A stretch of DNA of 20,000 nt from Psammoneis japonica (taxonomy: Eukaryota). Shown here in pieces: positions 1 to 12,300 of this stretch. A program made the position numbers and the translations under genes. A model generated the notes under the pieces. It was not told the origin of the DNA and did not search any database. It saw nothing but the letters and a program-made list of their open reading frames with translations. The stretch covers positions 54,631 to 74,630 of the forward strand of contig QPGO01000283.1 in NCBI GenBank assembly GCA_008632985.1. The letters are read 5' to 3'. Every line of letters begins with the position of its first letter. Position 1 is the stretch's first letter.

Positions 1-145
1 GGGAAACAGAGTGCTCCAGCTGGCAGCAGTCACTTGGAAAACACCAATTCCAGGAAAACAACTTCCCATTGAACAGCTTTGAACAGGCATGGACAGAAGA
101 GGAAAAGACATTCCAACACATTGCAAGGTGGATCATTGGCAGGCA

Positions 146-208
146 GATGCTTCTCAAAATGACAAAGCTGTTTCCCAAAGTGACGACCCTGCTTCTCAAA
201 ATAACAAC
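146..208 (+). repeat. Degenerate 21-bp tandem repeat, 3 copies
   Basis: Units gatgcttctcaaaatgacaaa / gctgtttcccaaagtgacgac / cctgcttctcaaaataacaac (DASQNDK-AVSQSDD-PASQNNN in the 89..418 frame). Confidence 0.6.
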
Positions 209-849
209 ACAGCTTTGACACCCAGCACCTTTCCTTTCAGGAAAAATTTACACACTGTGCCACAGACCATGACACAAGTGATGCATTCAACAGAAAACCT
301 GCTGCCGTGCAATTTGTCATCAAGCAACTCAAGCTGCATGGCTTCGCCTTTTTGTTGCAAGATGATTTTGATGATTTCCAAATGGACCAGCTCTTCGTGG
401 AATCTTGGAAGACAATGAAGGCCACACATGGCAAGCATTCTGTCTCCTGCCCCTCACACCAATCTGTCAAATCCCTCAAGTGTCCAATCCTTCTGGACCG
501 GTGCCAAGGCCCACTAAATGAAGAGTTTGAGACTGATGTTGAGAAGTGTGTGGAATGCAGGTTGAGAAAAAATGTTGCAAAGAAGAAGGTTGATTTGCCT
601 CCTCCCTCTTCTGTGAATGTCATGGAGGAAGACACCAACCACCCACACCAGTTTTCTCACCCAATGCACAATTGTTTGGAGAAGCATCATCACAAAAAGC
701 CACAGATGAAGGGCAATGGGCACACCGGATCAACACTTTCCAACATGTCCACACCTTTGCTTCCTTCCTTGAACACATTCTCTGTTGTCATGCGCATTGT
801 CACTGTTCCCACTTGCTTCCCAAGGAAATGCAGACAGACAACAAAGCCC

Positions 850-1895
850 TTGCATTTGGGGCAAAGAGGGTCATGGTGTGCATGGACACAATGATTTATT
901 GTGGCGACTCTGCCATTGACAATGACACAGGGAAAAATCATTCACAGCTTCACACACTGTTAAATTGATTGTTTGTGGGTGAGCCAATGCAAATGTGCAC
1001 GTCAACGGGTGAGAGGCTTTTGAAAACAAAAGCCAAAAAAATGTTAAAGACAGCCCAGAAGCAAGGAGAGGAAACCTTTGTGCACCAAACTTGTGAAAGG
1101 GTGTGTGTGAGTCCATGCTCTTTGATCATCATGTTGACACCCTGGACAGCACAAGCACAGGTGATGCGAGTGATGACATGGACAACTCCTCTGCAATGCT
1201 GGCCACGACCACCACACAAAAGATGCCTCATTTTGTGTTTGAACAGGATCAATTTGACAATGTCCTGTCAATGGATTGTTTTGGAAAGATGCACAAACCA
1301 AACAAAGAATCCGGCAAACCATGCAGGGCTTTCATTAAAGCAGTGCAAGAATTGGAGCCAAACCAGAGTCAATTCGAAACATGGAAGAAAGTGAAGCTCT
1401 CTGATGGGGAACATGTGTGTGCCCATCCACAACACGGCTCCAAGGAGGGCACCTCGTGTGATTGGGCAGCTGTTGACTTTGACATGGACAACGACTCAAA
1501 CGAGACATGCCCAGCGAGAGTTGTTGGCCTTTACAAGGACAATGCAGGCACTGTGAAGGCCGTTGTCCATTCAGCTGATTGCAAGCATGCAAGTCCACCT
1601 GCAGAGACACCAGGCTGTTCATGCATTGCCAACAAGAATTCCAAAGCAACGACAAGCCCTCCATGAGAAACGTTCCTGTCTCATCTGTAGAAAGCGTGGA
1701 TGCCTGTGCTTCCAAATGAAACACCACAAAGACCCAGTCCCACCTCAGATGTTGTCAGCCAACGCAAGGAAAGCACACACCATCATGGCAGTTTGTCCCA
1801 GAGTGGAGTGGGCTGAGACATTTGTCCAATGGACAAGGGAGATGATGATGCAAGAGGCCACCAAGACCAACTCAGCACACAGGTGCAGATTTTAG
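850..1895 (+). pseudogene. Decayed, frameshifted transposase-like C-terminal region (Plavaka/CMC-like DNA transposon, tentative)
   Basis: Fragments in changing frames: KNHSQLHTLLN*LFVGEPMQMCTSTGERLLKTKAKKMLKTAQKQGEETFVHQTCERV and VCAHPQHG...SCDWAAVDFD...CPARVVGLY. With C/H read back as Y they resemble the K.H..LH...FG.P...TG.E..K..AK...TQKR and Y.AHP.Y...YDWA.V.F...YPAR motifs I recall from such transposases. Pattern recognition only; boundaries approximate. Confidence 0.4.
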
Positions 1896-2891
1896 GTGTG
1901 ACAGGAGGCAGCTCCTAAACAACAGTTAAAGAACTGTTGGTCAGAGATGTGGCTGCGCAATTTTGACACAACCATCACAGATTTCCATGCGTCTTGCTCA
2001 TCATGCAGAATGACAAAACCAGGGCACCAATGCATTGTCCAATCAGCATGAATTGACATCAGAATGCCCACCACCCCCCGTTTTGGCAAGGAAATTGTGG
2101 ATTCCTTGGGAACAATCAGTGGCAAGTTGTTGAGAACATCCAGCTGGTTGCAATTTTCAAGATGCTGCCACACCATTTTAAAGTTTCCACACAACAACAG
2201 GCACATGATGAAGTGGGTGTGTTTGCATGTTGGATGCAAATTGCTTCTGTATTGCCTCAATTTGAAATGCTGCTGCAGCTTCCCATCCACCTTTGGTGCA
2301 TCAATGGTGTTGAATGGCCGATGGCTTTGATGGTGCAGTTGTCCATCCTCTCCTTGAAAAAAAAGTCTTTGATGTCCAGCTCCATGTGCCAGCCTTCTGC
2401 TTTCTTGAACAGGTGGGCATTGATGAAGCAGCAGCAGCAAGTCATTGTGGCTTGCATGCTGGGAACATCTCCTCAAATGCATTGCCCCAGGCAATCAGCC
2501 AGGCCAATGCAGTGTCAGCACATTTGTTGGCTTGGACCAATGCAACGGCAATTGATGCAGTTCCCCTTGGTTGGCAAAAGAGTGTCAATTTTATTTTGTG
2601 TCATTCCAAAGTTGCTCAAAAGGCAAATTATGTTCTTTTGCAAAAGTGCCACTTGTCATTCTGCAGCACTTGCCTCACCTCCATCAGCTGTGCAAGTGTG
2701 CAATCCTCAACAGGATTGGGAAACCACAGTGGAAAATCAACACCATCTGACATGGTGATCACGGAACTTTGACTGGGGGAACAGATTTGGGAAAATGAAC
2801 GACAGAAACCCAGCGACACATGTCAACCATTTGCTTGGTCGTGCATTGTTGCTCTGGAATTGTTCGACCAATCCGAGTGAGCAATTGTCAA
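1892..2891 (-). pseudogene. Decayed coding-like sequence of unknown product, interrupted by element A
   Basis: Protein-like fragments in several minus frames (DFPLWFPNPVEDCTLAQLMEVRQVLQNDKWHF; FINAHLFKKAEGWHMELDIKDFFFKERMD; VWQHLENCNQLDVLNNLPLIVPK). No family recognised. Confidence 0.25.
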
Positions 2892-3138
2892 TGACAGAAA
2901 TTGAAAATGACTGGGTGGAAGAAAACAATGACTCCTGACTGCTGTCTAAACAGCAGATGAGTCTACGTGCAGAGACCATCACAGGAGCCGAAAGACTGGT
3001 GTTGTGATGTTGGCACTGCTGTCATTGTTCTTTTGAGCTGAGTGGCTTGAAAGCAATGTGCATCATGCACATCACATGCGGAACTAAGAGGACATGCAAT
3101 TGTGTGTGACAAACTAAAATCTTGTTCAAATCCTGTCA
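2892..3138 (-). repeat. 3' LTR of element A (247 bp)
   Basis: Aligns end to end with 16620-16863; TG...CA termini; preceded on the minus strand by the PPT-position motif and the RNase H end. Confidence 0.92.
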
Positions 3139-3150
3139 CTTCCCAGTTTG
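3139..3150 (-). other. Putative plus-strand priming site (short PPT) of element A, CAAACTGGGAAG
   Basis: Abuts the 3' LTR; same motif in B and C (CAAACTGGGGAG). Confidence 0.6.
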
Positions 3151-6100
3151 ATTGAGGAGTCCACAGCAACAGATTCAAAATTGGATTGATCAAAGGCCTC
3201 GGGATCAAAGTTCCAAAACACAAGAGGATGGAGGAGGTTCCAAACCTGGGAGCAACCCCAGTGTTTGCTGAGGATGTCAGCATGATTGCGGGAACCTTCA
3301 ATGAAGTGGAACTCAAAGAAACCAGAGGCAATTGCCTCATGCACATGATGGAACAAGAGGACAGTGTGTTGCTTGTGTAACTTGGAGTGTGGCATGGGGC
3401 ACTGTCCACAACCAACTTGTTGTCCCCAAACATGCAACAGGTGTCACAGATTGGGACACCAAGGCAATGCAATGCAGTGCACAGATCAATGATCTGTTCA
3501 ATGCTTGTCCTTGCAACAACAAACTCAAATCCATGCATCACAGTCTTGACTGTTGCTGGTTTCTTGGAGAATCAATCAGCCAAGAACTTGTTGAGGAAAT
3601 GAGTGATGCCCGTGACTGAGCATCCGGTGAGCATGCAATGGAGAAAGTTTGCATCAACATGATGGGTTGTGGTGATGAACTTGCCAAGTGGCTTGGGCGC
3701 ATCTTGTGGGAGCAGCTCTTCTGCCTCCCCACACACAGATTGGGCCCAGTTGTGCATGGGCTTGGGGAGGTCCAAACTGTTGGGTTCCTTCATGCACACT
3801 TGGAGGGCACCATGTGGCAATGGACAAGAATCCACACACATGTTTGGCATGGTCCAGGTGGCCTTGATGGGGTGTGGCATGGAAACTGCACAGGGACATT
3901 ACGGCTGCAGCAACATCAATGTGACTGAGGGACACAGCCCATTGCAGGGAACCAATCAGGGATTGGAGTTGGTGGATGCCATCAGCTCTAAGTAATTCAG
4001 AGGTGATGAGCTCAGGGTGGTCTCCCTTCTCAAGAGGGGAAAGCACGCACAGTTGTTGACCATGTGCTCAATGCAATTGCAAGGAGCAAGGCACAGGGTG
4101 CCATTGGAATCATGGGTGAAGTTGCAACCAAGGTGGAACTCCAGTGGTCTAGTGCCCTTGAGCTTGAACTTGCATTTCTCTGTGAGAGTGTCTGCAAAAG
4201 CTTGGGGGTCCTTCATGGCAAAGGCCAGGTCGTCCACATGCACTGCCATGTGTTTGCAGTGGTCACCATCCAGATGTCGGGTTTGGCATGGCATGGGGAG
4301 AAACCTTCTGCATGCAAACAATTGGCAAAGCATTCATGCCACCTGAGGCCAGAGCTGTGGAATCCATGTGACGCCTTGTGGATGAAAAGGATGTGTCCTT
4401 CCAGCTTGCCACATTTGGGGCCTGCCACAATGTGCAGTTTCTCCTTGGTCGTGGCTTCAAGACAGGCATTCCCAATGTCGGTCAACCAAGTCTCTAGTTC
4501 ATTGAGTTTGGCCAGGAAGGTCATCAACCAAAGGCCGCAGAGGGACACTGCTCCAGAGCAGACACTGTCAATGGGTGTGTCTGTGAGGTGTCCATCAGCA
4601 ACAAGTCGTGCTTTGTGCCTTCCATCATGTTTGATGTCACAGACAAGATCCACCCTAATCTTCTTGTGTCCTGCTGGGGCACTGGAGTCCTTGCAGTGTC
4701 TGCAATCATGAAAGACCTCACACTCACCAAGCTGAGTCATCTCAAGGTCCATTGCATCTCCCCACTTGTGGTTGCCATTGCGCTCCTCAAGGGCCAAGGC
4801 ATGCTTGCAATCCTGGGGCACTTCACACCCATGCTTGCATCGTGATGCAGTGCAGAACGAGCACAGCTTGGCTTGGTTGGCTGTGCAGAATGGCTTTTTC
4901 TGGTGCAGAGCCACACTTTGGAAGCATTTTCATCCATCAGTTTTGAGCAAACCATGCTCACATGCATGGATGGCACAAGTGATGGATTGTCTTTGGCAAT
5001 GATGGCAAGAGGTTCCAACGTGATCTTCCCATTCTCCCATTCAAGCATGATGTTGTAGCTTGAGCCTTTCCAGGAGGGGTGATGAGGTCTCAATGGTCCT
5101 TTGTGTGAGACGATGTGTCAGAACTTCCAGAGAGCAGAGTCCTTGTCTTCCTGCTCAATGTGGTGCATGATGTCATTGCAGGCAAGGATTTCCTCACATT
5201 CATCATTGTCAATGGTGCAAATGAATTTGACTGGTTCTGGGTTGTTGCCAATTTCCCAGTCATGGTCTTCAACAGCCTTGATGATGCGGGCTCTGCAGTG
5301 TTGTCCGTCTTCTTGTGGCTTCAAGAGGAAGGTGCATCCAATGATGTCCTCGGGGTCAAAGACCGGCATTTTGGGCATCCTGATCACCTCCACATCTGGT
5401 GAATCTGGTGAATCCTTGGAGTCTTGTTGAGTTTTGATGATGGGTTTGGCAAATTTTTCATCGGGAGGGTCAAGATGCAGGTTGGAAGCAGACGGGTCAT
5501 GGGCGGAATGCACGTTGGAGTGGCAAAGAATCTTCTGAGCATTGTCAGAAAGAATTTTGAACGTCATTTGATGACCCACCGGTTCAGCAATGCCGATGAA
5601 GGGACCACACAACTTGCGGGATTCAGACGGCCAGTCAGAATCATCAAGGTGGTGGCACACAGGTTCCCACGATTAAAAGCGGAGGAGGGGGCTGATGTCG
5701 GGGGTGGATCTGGACAGCACTTTGGTGGGAGCATGCCAGTGAAGCTTGGCAGATGCTGCATGGTCAAGCACAAAGCACATGCACATGAGGGCCACAAGCC
5801 AGGTGCAGGCCGGGGATCCAAGCAATCCATGATGGTGTTGGCCATGTTCTTCACAGTTTGGTGGCAGCGCTCAGCAAAATTCTGGTGTTGTTGGTGGGGC
5901 TGGCTTTGCTGACTGGAGATGAAGAGGGCACGAAGGATGCTGAGAACCTTGTCACTGATCTCAACCTGAGCACGGTCACTGATGAGCTTGGACGGAGCAC
6001 CACGGTTGTGAATGTTGTCTTTGAGCATGTTGATGAATTCCTTGTCAGTCTTGGTGCTGCACACATCCATGATGTTGGATTCCATGCCAAGGAAGAGCTG

Positions 6101-8138
6101 AGTGCTGACACATCTAGAGTCAATGGCAGGGGTGTCAAAGTGCACCACATCAGTGGCAACGGGTTCATTACGTTGGTGGACATTGAGAGCCGGGTTGGGC
6201 AACTTGCATGCCTTTTTCAGGTGCATGCTGATGGGCATGTGAGCATGCTGTGTCATGCAATCAAAAGTCCTGCAAACAGTGTCCTTTGGGAGGAAGCCAT
6301 GGCAGTGGCGGAGGGACTCACAATGGTTGGGATCCTTGGGGTTGATCTCACTCTCATGGCAATCATAGAAAAAATCAGATGTTGGGATGATGTGGTCATC
6401 AAGGATGGAGTTCACAAGCATGGCATTGTGGATGACATGTTGGTGGCGATGGTTGCCAAACTCATCAAAGAGGTTGGTGGTTGGGTTGTCTTTGAGGTCT
6501 GACATGGTGCCATGCCACGTCTCATTGTCTGTGAACTGTTGGTCGAGGATGGATGGGTCCCAGGTGTCATCACCAGTGAGGATGACATCAGGCAGAGTGT
6601 CCCATTCCGCATTGGTGTGCAGTCATGTTGCAATGTGTGGCAGGCTGCCTTTGATGTCAATGGGGATGACGTGCCTGTCAATGGTGGTGATGTGCTGCAG
6701 ACCATTGGGGACCTTGATCGACCGATCGTTGATGTCATGTTTGCACAACTTGAGTTGGCCGCACAAGTGCATGGTCTTGCCCTTTCCAGTGCAGGTGCAC
6801 CAGTGAAGGATGGCAACAATGGGTCCACATTGTGTGTGGATTGCACCACAGGCAGTGACAATGGGAATGTTGACAAGCTGATGGTTGTCCATGTGTCAAC
6901 CTGGTGATCAGTGTGGGTGATGACATGAACATCATCACCAGCGATGCCACAATTTGTGCCAAGATCTATGAGAGCACCCTTGTGAGTTGAGTTGTGTGTT
7001 GAGGCGGAGTCCACAACATTGTGGTCATTGGCACAACGGCAAGTGTGACTGTTGATCTCAATGTTGGTGGCAGCATCACAGGAGAATGTTGATCCAGGGA
7101 GTTTGTCACTAGAGCGGGCCAAGGGTGGCCTGTTGGGTGCAAGGAGATGTTGCAAGTCACTGGGTGACAGAGGCTTGTGCTTGGTGAGGTGCACCAGGAT
7201 GGGGTTAGCATCAGTTGCATCGGCTGCAGTGTCAGGTGGTTTGGGGGCCGACGCAAGATCATGGGCATTGGCAAACAAGTTGACATTGCCATTGCTGCCC
7301 AGATGGAAGGGTCATGCAGGTTCACAGCCATTGAGTCATGGCAGTTGCTGGCACGGGCAGTGCGCAAGCCAAGGATGATGGCCTTGGTGGACTGAGGCAA
7401 GGTGTCCCAGATGCGCTGGTGATCTGGTGGATTGCAATGCCATTGTTCCCTGGTGAGGGAGGAGGCACCACGAGTCTGTGCAACATGAGCCTGGATGACA
7501 TCAATGTCACTGTCAATGTCGAAGAACACATCATCATCAGGGTCATCGGGGGCCAGGTCATGGGCACTGACAGTGTGGCACAGAGTGCATGAGGCCGTCT
7601 TGGGGATGAACGTGCTGTCCTGCTGTGCTGCCATGGAAAGCAGGAGCCCACAACATTGCTCATGTGAAAGGCTTGTGCCATTCAGTGTGCAATGCTGATT
7701 GGCTTGGTTCCACATCTGAATGGAGTTTGTTGCCAGGGTGAATGGCATTCTCATGCATGACACGTTTCTGGCCAGCAGAGAAGCAGTCTGCAGTCAGGAT
7801 CAGAGCTTTGCACTTGCAAAGTTGGTCATGCCAGTGAAGTGTGAAGGCATGGGTGGTGTCTTTCCAGGTGCCATCACCAAGGCGAGCAGTGCTGAGATGT
7901 GCAACAAGGGTCGATGACTCCAGGATGCACAGGCAGATGCAAGGGCACACTTGGACAGTTCACGGTGCACTGCTTGAGCATCAGACATGTTCACAAATGA
8001 GAGCCTTGCCCTTGTCATTTTGCAAGATGTGCTCAAACACAGCAAACATGCATTTCTGTTGTTCAGCAAACAGGGCTTTGTCCTCAGCCACAGAGGGCTT
8101 GCATGTCAGATCAAGGATGCGGTCAATGTCCTGAGAGT

Positions 8139-8143
8139 GGGCC
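8139..8143 (+). repeat. Left target-site duplication of element B (GGGCC)
   Basis: Identical 5-mer at 15252-15256 immediately after the 3' LTR. Confidence 0.95.
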
Positions 8144-8419
8144 TGACAGGATTTGAACAGGATTTAGGTGCGCGCGAAATGTCGCGCGCTGTTTAGTTTA
8201 CCGCGCACAGTTTTGTGTGCTTTGGTTCCGCGCGTTCGCGCGCGATGTAGTTTGCTTTCGAGCCACAAGGCTCACAAGAATAATGACAGTAGCCCGATTA
8301 TACCGACTTACACGTCTTTCGGCTCCTGCAACGGTCTCTGAGCGGAGACTCATCTGCCATGTAGACAGCAGCAAGGAGTTGTTGTTTGAATTCTTGCCAT
8401 TTGCCTTCAATTTCTGTCA
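8144..8419 (+). repeat. 5' LTR of element B (276 bp)
   Basis: TGACAGGATTTGAA...TTCAATTTCTGTCA; 15 substitutions and no indels versus 14976-15251 (manual alignment). Confidence 0.97.
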
Positions 8420-8430
8420 GATTAACAGTC
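8420..8430 (+). other. Putative primer-binding site complementary to a tRNA-Asn(GUU) anticodon arm (GATTAACAGTC)
   Basis: Directly follows the 5' LTR; reverse complement GACTGTTAATC reads as stem GA + loop CT-GTT-AA + stem TC; conserved in A at 16609-16619. Confidence 0.6.
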
Positions 8431-9249
8431 TTGCTCATTGTCAACCCATTGAGCAACCGCCATCGTCGTCGTTGATTTACCGACGACGCTATTTCAATTC
8501 TGCGTGGACCTCCGTGTGTGTTCTACATACATCGGCAAGTTTACGTGCGTTCAACACCAGGCATCGGCAGGAATTTAACGTCACCGTCAAGTCTCCTTAC
8601 CGCTGGATGTCTGGATTGATTGTGCCACCTTTGATCGCTGAAGACATGCATCAACGGTCATATCCAAGTCTATCCTTGATCCTCATCCCTTGACACACCC
8701 ATTCAATGGTTAACGGTCAAGAACCCTACATATTCAAGGATCTTCGTCGCTGAAGACACACATGTGTACATGTCTTCACGGCCAAGGACTTGAACCCACC
8801 CTTTGGACTGCGGCTTTGCCACCACTCTACAAGCACGCCGAGTCTATTGTACCTGATCTACCCCGGACCACTGGTGCTCTACAGTTCTACTAGGTCCACG
8901 AGGACAACTGTGAGAGCAAGCAGCCGTGATTGCAGCCTACGTTGGGGCGAGGGTGTTTTCCCGCGTTTGTTCGTTCGTCCACAGCGCCTAACGCCTACGT
9001 CAACTGGCCAGCCTGATCGGGAAATCCAACCGACATAAAATAAGAACGGTTCGGGGGTCTTGTCCACCTCTAGTCAGCTTACCTGCAGGGGGTTTACAAC
9101 CCGCTACTCCGCTCATAAGCAACCCAAAGCGCCACTGGCTGCGGGTGCGGACGTGCCGGCACAACTCTACGGACCGGATAGGAAGTTTAGCACTTGACAA
9201 CGAACGGGATAGCAAAGCCCAGCGACTTCTGATTTTAAGGTAGTTCAAG

Positions 9250-9304
9250 ATTTCAAGTCAAGTCTATTTCAAGTCAAGTCTATTCTCACCCAAGTTTCAA
9301 GTCT
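9250..9304 (+). repeat. TTTCAAGTCAAGTCT-type tandem repeats in the 5' leader of B
   Basis: 16-bp unit atttcaagtcaagtct x2 (9250-9281) plus caagtttcaagtct; homologous array in A at 15807-15867. Confidence 0.8.
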
Positions 9305-9364
9305 ACCTTCACCACCTTCGCTTCCCAACAAGAATTGCTTGTCCTGACACCACTTTTGTCTGCC

Positions 9365-12300
9365 ATGGTTCTCACTTGTCAGCAACAAACCGATGGTTTC
9401 GAGCACGTTGTTGGAACCGTGCTTGCCCAAGGTGCTGGGAGCCCTCTTCGTTTGGCTTTGACCCAAGACGGCACAGACTCGCACCAAGAACTGTTCACGT
9501 TCATACCGTCCCAAATCGACTCGCTTGAGTACGACAACGGCACTAGTGTGATCCCTTTGCCCCGCAGTTATAAGAACATGTTAGCAGCTCTAATTAGTCT
9601 GTACATTGTCAAAGCACATGAAGGTCTTGACGTTGCCAATGACTCCTCGTTGTTCACGCATGACGAGTTCCTTGCCTGCCGCCTCAGCCCCGACTACATG
9701 TCTTCTGTGTCCGTCGGCAGCTCACCCCTCGCACCTCCGCATGTCACCAACCCGACCAAGGCACGCGACCCGGTACGAGACTTCAAGCGAGGCATCAAAC
9801 GTGACCCCACCGCTTTCACGGCTCTCAAATCCGACAAGCAGTGGCACACTTGGCACACCTCACTTGTGGCACAAGCCCGTGCCCAAGACGTCGAGTGCAT
9901 TCTAGTCTCGTCGTACAAACCGACCAGCCCCGAAGACAAACTGCTCTTTGCTGAACAGCAAAAGTACATGTTTGCCGTCTTCGAACGCATTCTTCTCACC
10001 GACAAGGGCAAGGCTCTCATTCGCGAAAATGTGGGGTCTTCTGATGCCCAGACCGTCTACCGCGCCTTGTCTGAGCATGCGCTCGCCTCCACCCGCGCAT
10101 CCATTGAGTCCTCCACCTTGCTCACGCACCTTGCCACCGCACGTCTTGGTGATGGCACTTGGAAAGGTCCGACCCACGGGTTCATCCTTCATTGGCAGGA
10201 TCAGTTGCGCAAGTGCGAGGCACTCATCCCGGCCAGTGACCACTTCTCTGAAGGACAGAAGCGCGTCATGCTCGAGAATGCCGCACACCCTGTCGAGGAA
10301 CTCCGTGCTGTCAAGAACCAAGCTGATCAGCATCGTACGCAGAGTGGCAAGAGCCTCACATGCGATCAATGCTGTGGCTTGCTCCTCTCCGCGGCGGCTC
10401 AATACGACAGTGCGTTTCAACCCAAGACGACACCTCAAGCTCCCCGACGTGCCACACACACACACGATGTCCACTCCGAGGAACCGTCCGACGATGTGTT
10501 CTACGACATTGACAGCGACATTGACGTCCTTCAGGCTAATGCTGCCTACACCCGTGGTCCCAGCCTCACCGGTGACCAATGGAAACGTCTCCCTCCCGAC
10601 CACCAACGGATTTGGGATTCGTTGCCCCATTTCTCCAAGGCGATCATCCTTGAGCATTCTCGTCCGCCTCCCCGCAACCCGCGAGCCAGCAACTGCCATG
10701 AGTCTGTTATGGCCAACCTTCATGACCAACGCCTTGGGAGTGACGGTGATGTCAACTTGTCCAACACGACTCCTGCTGACTCTGGTGACCCCGCTCCAAA
10801 TGTGGGTGCCACTTTGGATAATCCCATCCTGGCGCACCTCACCAAGCACAAGCCACTGCCACCCGGTGATCTGCAATGTCTGTTGTCTCCTAACCAAGCC
10901 CCCAACGCCAGTCGACCAGGGCCATCCGCCGCTCCCTCTACTCCGCCAGCTCCTGCCGATGACATGGAACTTAACGGCCACACTTGCCGCCGCGTTAACA
11001 ACCACAAATGCTCTGCCTCTGCTCATTGCTCCACACGCACTGGTGCTCTAGTCAATCGTGGGGCCAACAGCGGCATTGCTGGCGACGACGTCCGCGTCAT
11101 TGCACGCACCTCTCGCCAAGTCGACGTTCAGGGCATTGACGACCACCAATTGGTGGACATCCCCATTGTCACCGCTGGTGCCGTCATTGAGACCCAGCGT
11201 GGTCCCGTCATCGCCATCCTCCATCAGCACGCACACACGGGCAAGGGCAAGACCATTCATTCCTGTGGCCAGCTCGAATGGTACAAACAGGATGTCAACG
11301 ATCGCTCTGTCAAGGTGCCCAACGGCTTGCAACGTATTGCCACCCCTGATGGCTATGTCATCCCCATTGACATCAAGGGCGGCCTGCCTTGTGTTGCCAT
11401 GCGACCTTACACTGATGCCGAATGGGACACCCTGCCCCATGTCATCCTCACCGGTGATGACACATGGGATCCTTCCGTCCTCGATCACTCTGTCACTGAC
11501 GATGACCAGTGGTACGACGCGATCTCTGACCCACAGGACGATCCCACTGCCAACCTGTTTGACGAATGCGGCAACTGCCGTCATCGTGTCGTTGTCAACG
11601 AGACCATCATGTCCGCTTCCTTGTCTGCCGATCATGCGTCAGCCCTCGATGATCACCTCATTCCGAACGACGACGTGTTCTGCGCGTGTCATCTACACGC
11701 GGTTGACCCCAAGGACGCCGACGTCCCGCCCCCGGAGCGCACTGTGCAACCCAAGGACCCCCCCTTCGAGTCTCTTCGGCCTAACTTTGGCTTCCTGCCT
11801 GCCGATGCGGTCCGTCGCACTTTTGACTGCACCACGCAGTACGCCCGCATGCCCACCGGTACACACCTCAGGAAGGCCTGCAAATCACCCAACCCCGCCC
11901 TTAATGTGCACCGCCGCAACGAGCCTATCGCCACTGACACAGTTTATGCCGACACCCCGGCCGTCGACTCTGGTTGCACCAGCGCCCAACTGTTTGTTGG
12001 CACCAAGTCTACCGTCACTGACGTCTGCGGCACCAAGACGGACAAGGAGTTTGTCAACACACTTGAGGATCAGATCCATGAGCATGGTGCCCCATCCAAA
12101 CTCACAAGTGACCGTGCTCAAGTTGAGATCAGCAACAAGGTGCTCGGGATTCTACAAGCCCTCTTCATCTCCAGCTGGCAAAGTGAGCCTCACCAGCAAC
12201 ACCAGAACTTTGCCGAGCGTCGACACCAGACCGTGAAGCGCATGGCGAACACTGTCATGGACCGTTTCGGTTCGCCTGCCCACACATGGCTGCTGGTGCT

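Larger units (their letters stand above)
3126..8143 (-). pseudogene. gag-pol of element A, 3' part (gag C-terminus, protease, integrase, RT, RNase H), many frameshifts and stops
   Basis: Protease GALIDLGTNCGIAG (~6930-6980); integrase EPVATDVVHFD...SDRAQVE...HQNFAER (ORF 5564..6505); RT KARLVADG, HVDDL (4213..4914, 3956..4333); RNase H HVDAN, FGDNK, NHADILSK; ends KLGSDRI* at 3126. Confidence 0.92.

Noticed and set aside
1..8143. Cys/His-rich translations suggesting zinc-finger or metal-binding proteins
   Set aside because: Comparison among copies shows these Cys/His are mutated Tyr or Arg codons.
8198..8410. Recurrent small ORF MKANGKNSNNNSLLLS... (also 15054..15242, 17246..17467)
   Set aside because: It recurs only because it is the antisense reading of the LTR; it starts at TTG and has no coding evidence.
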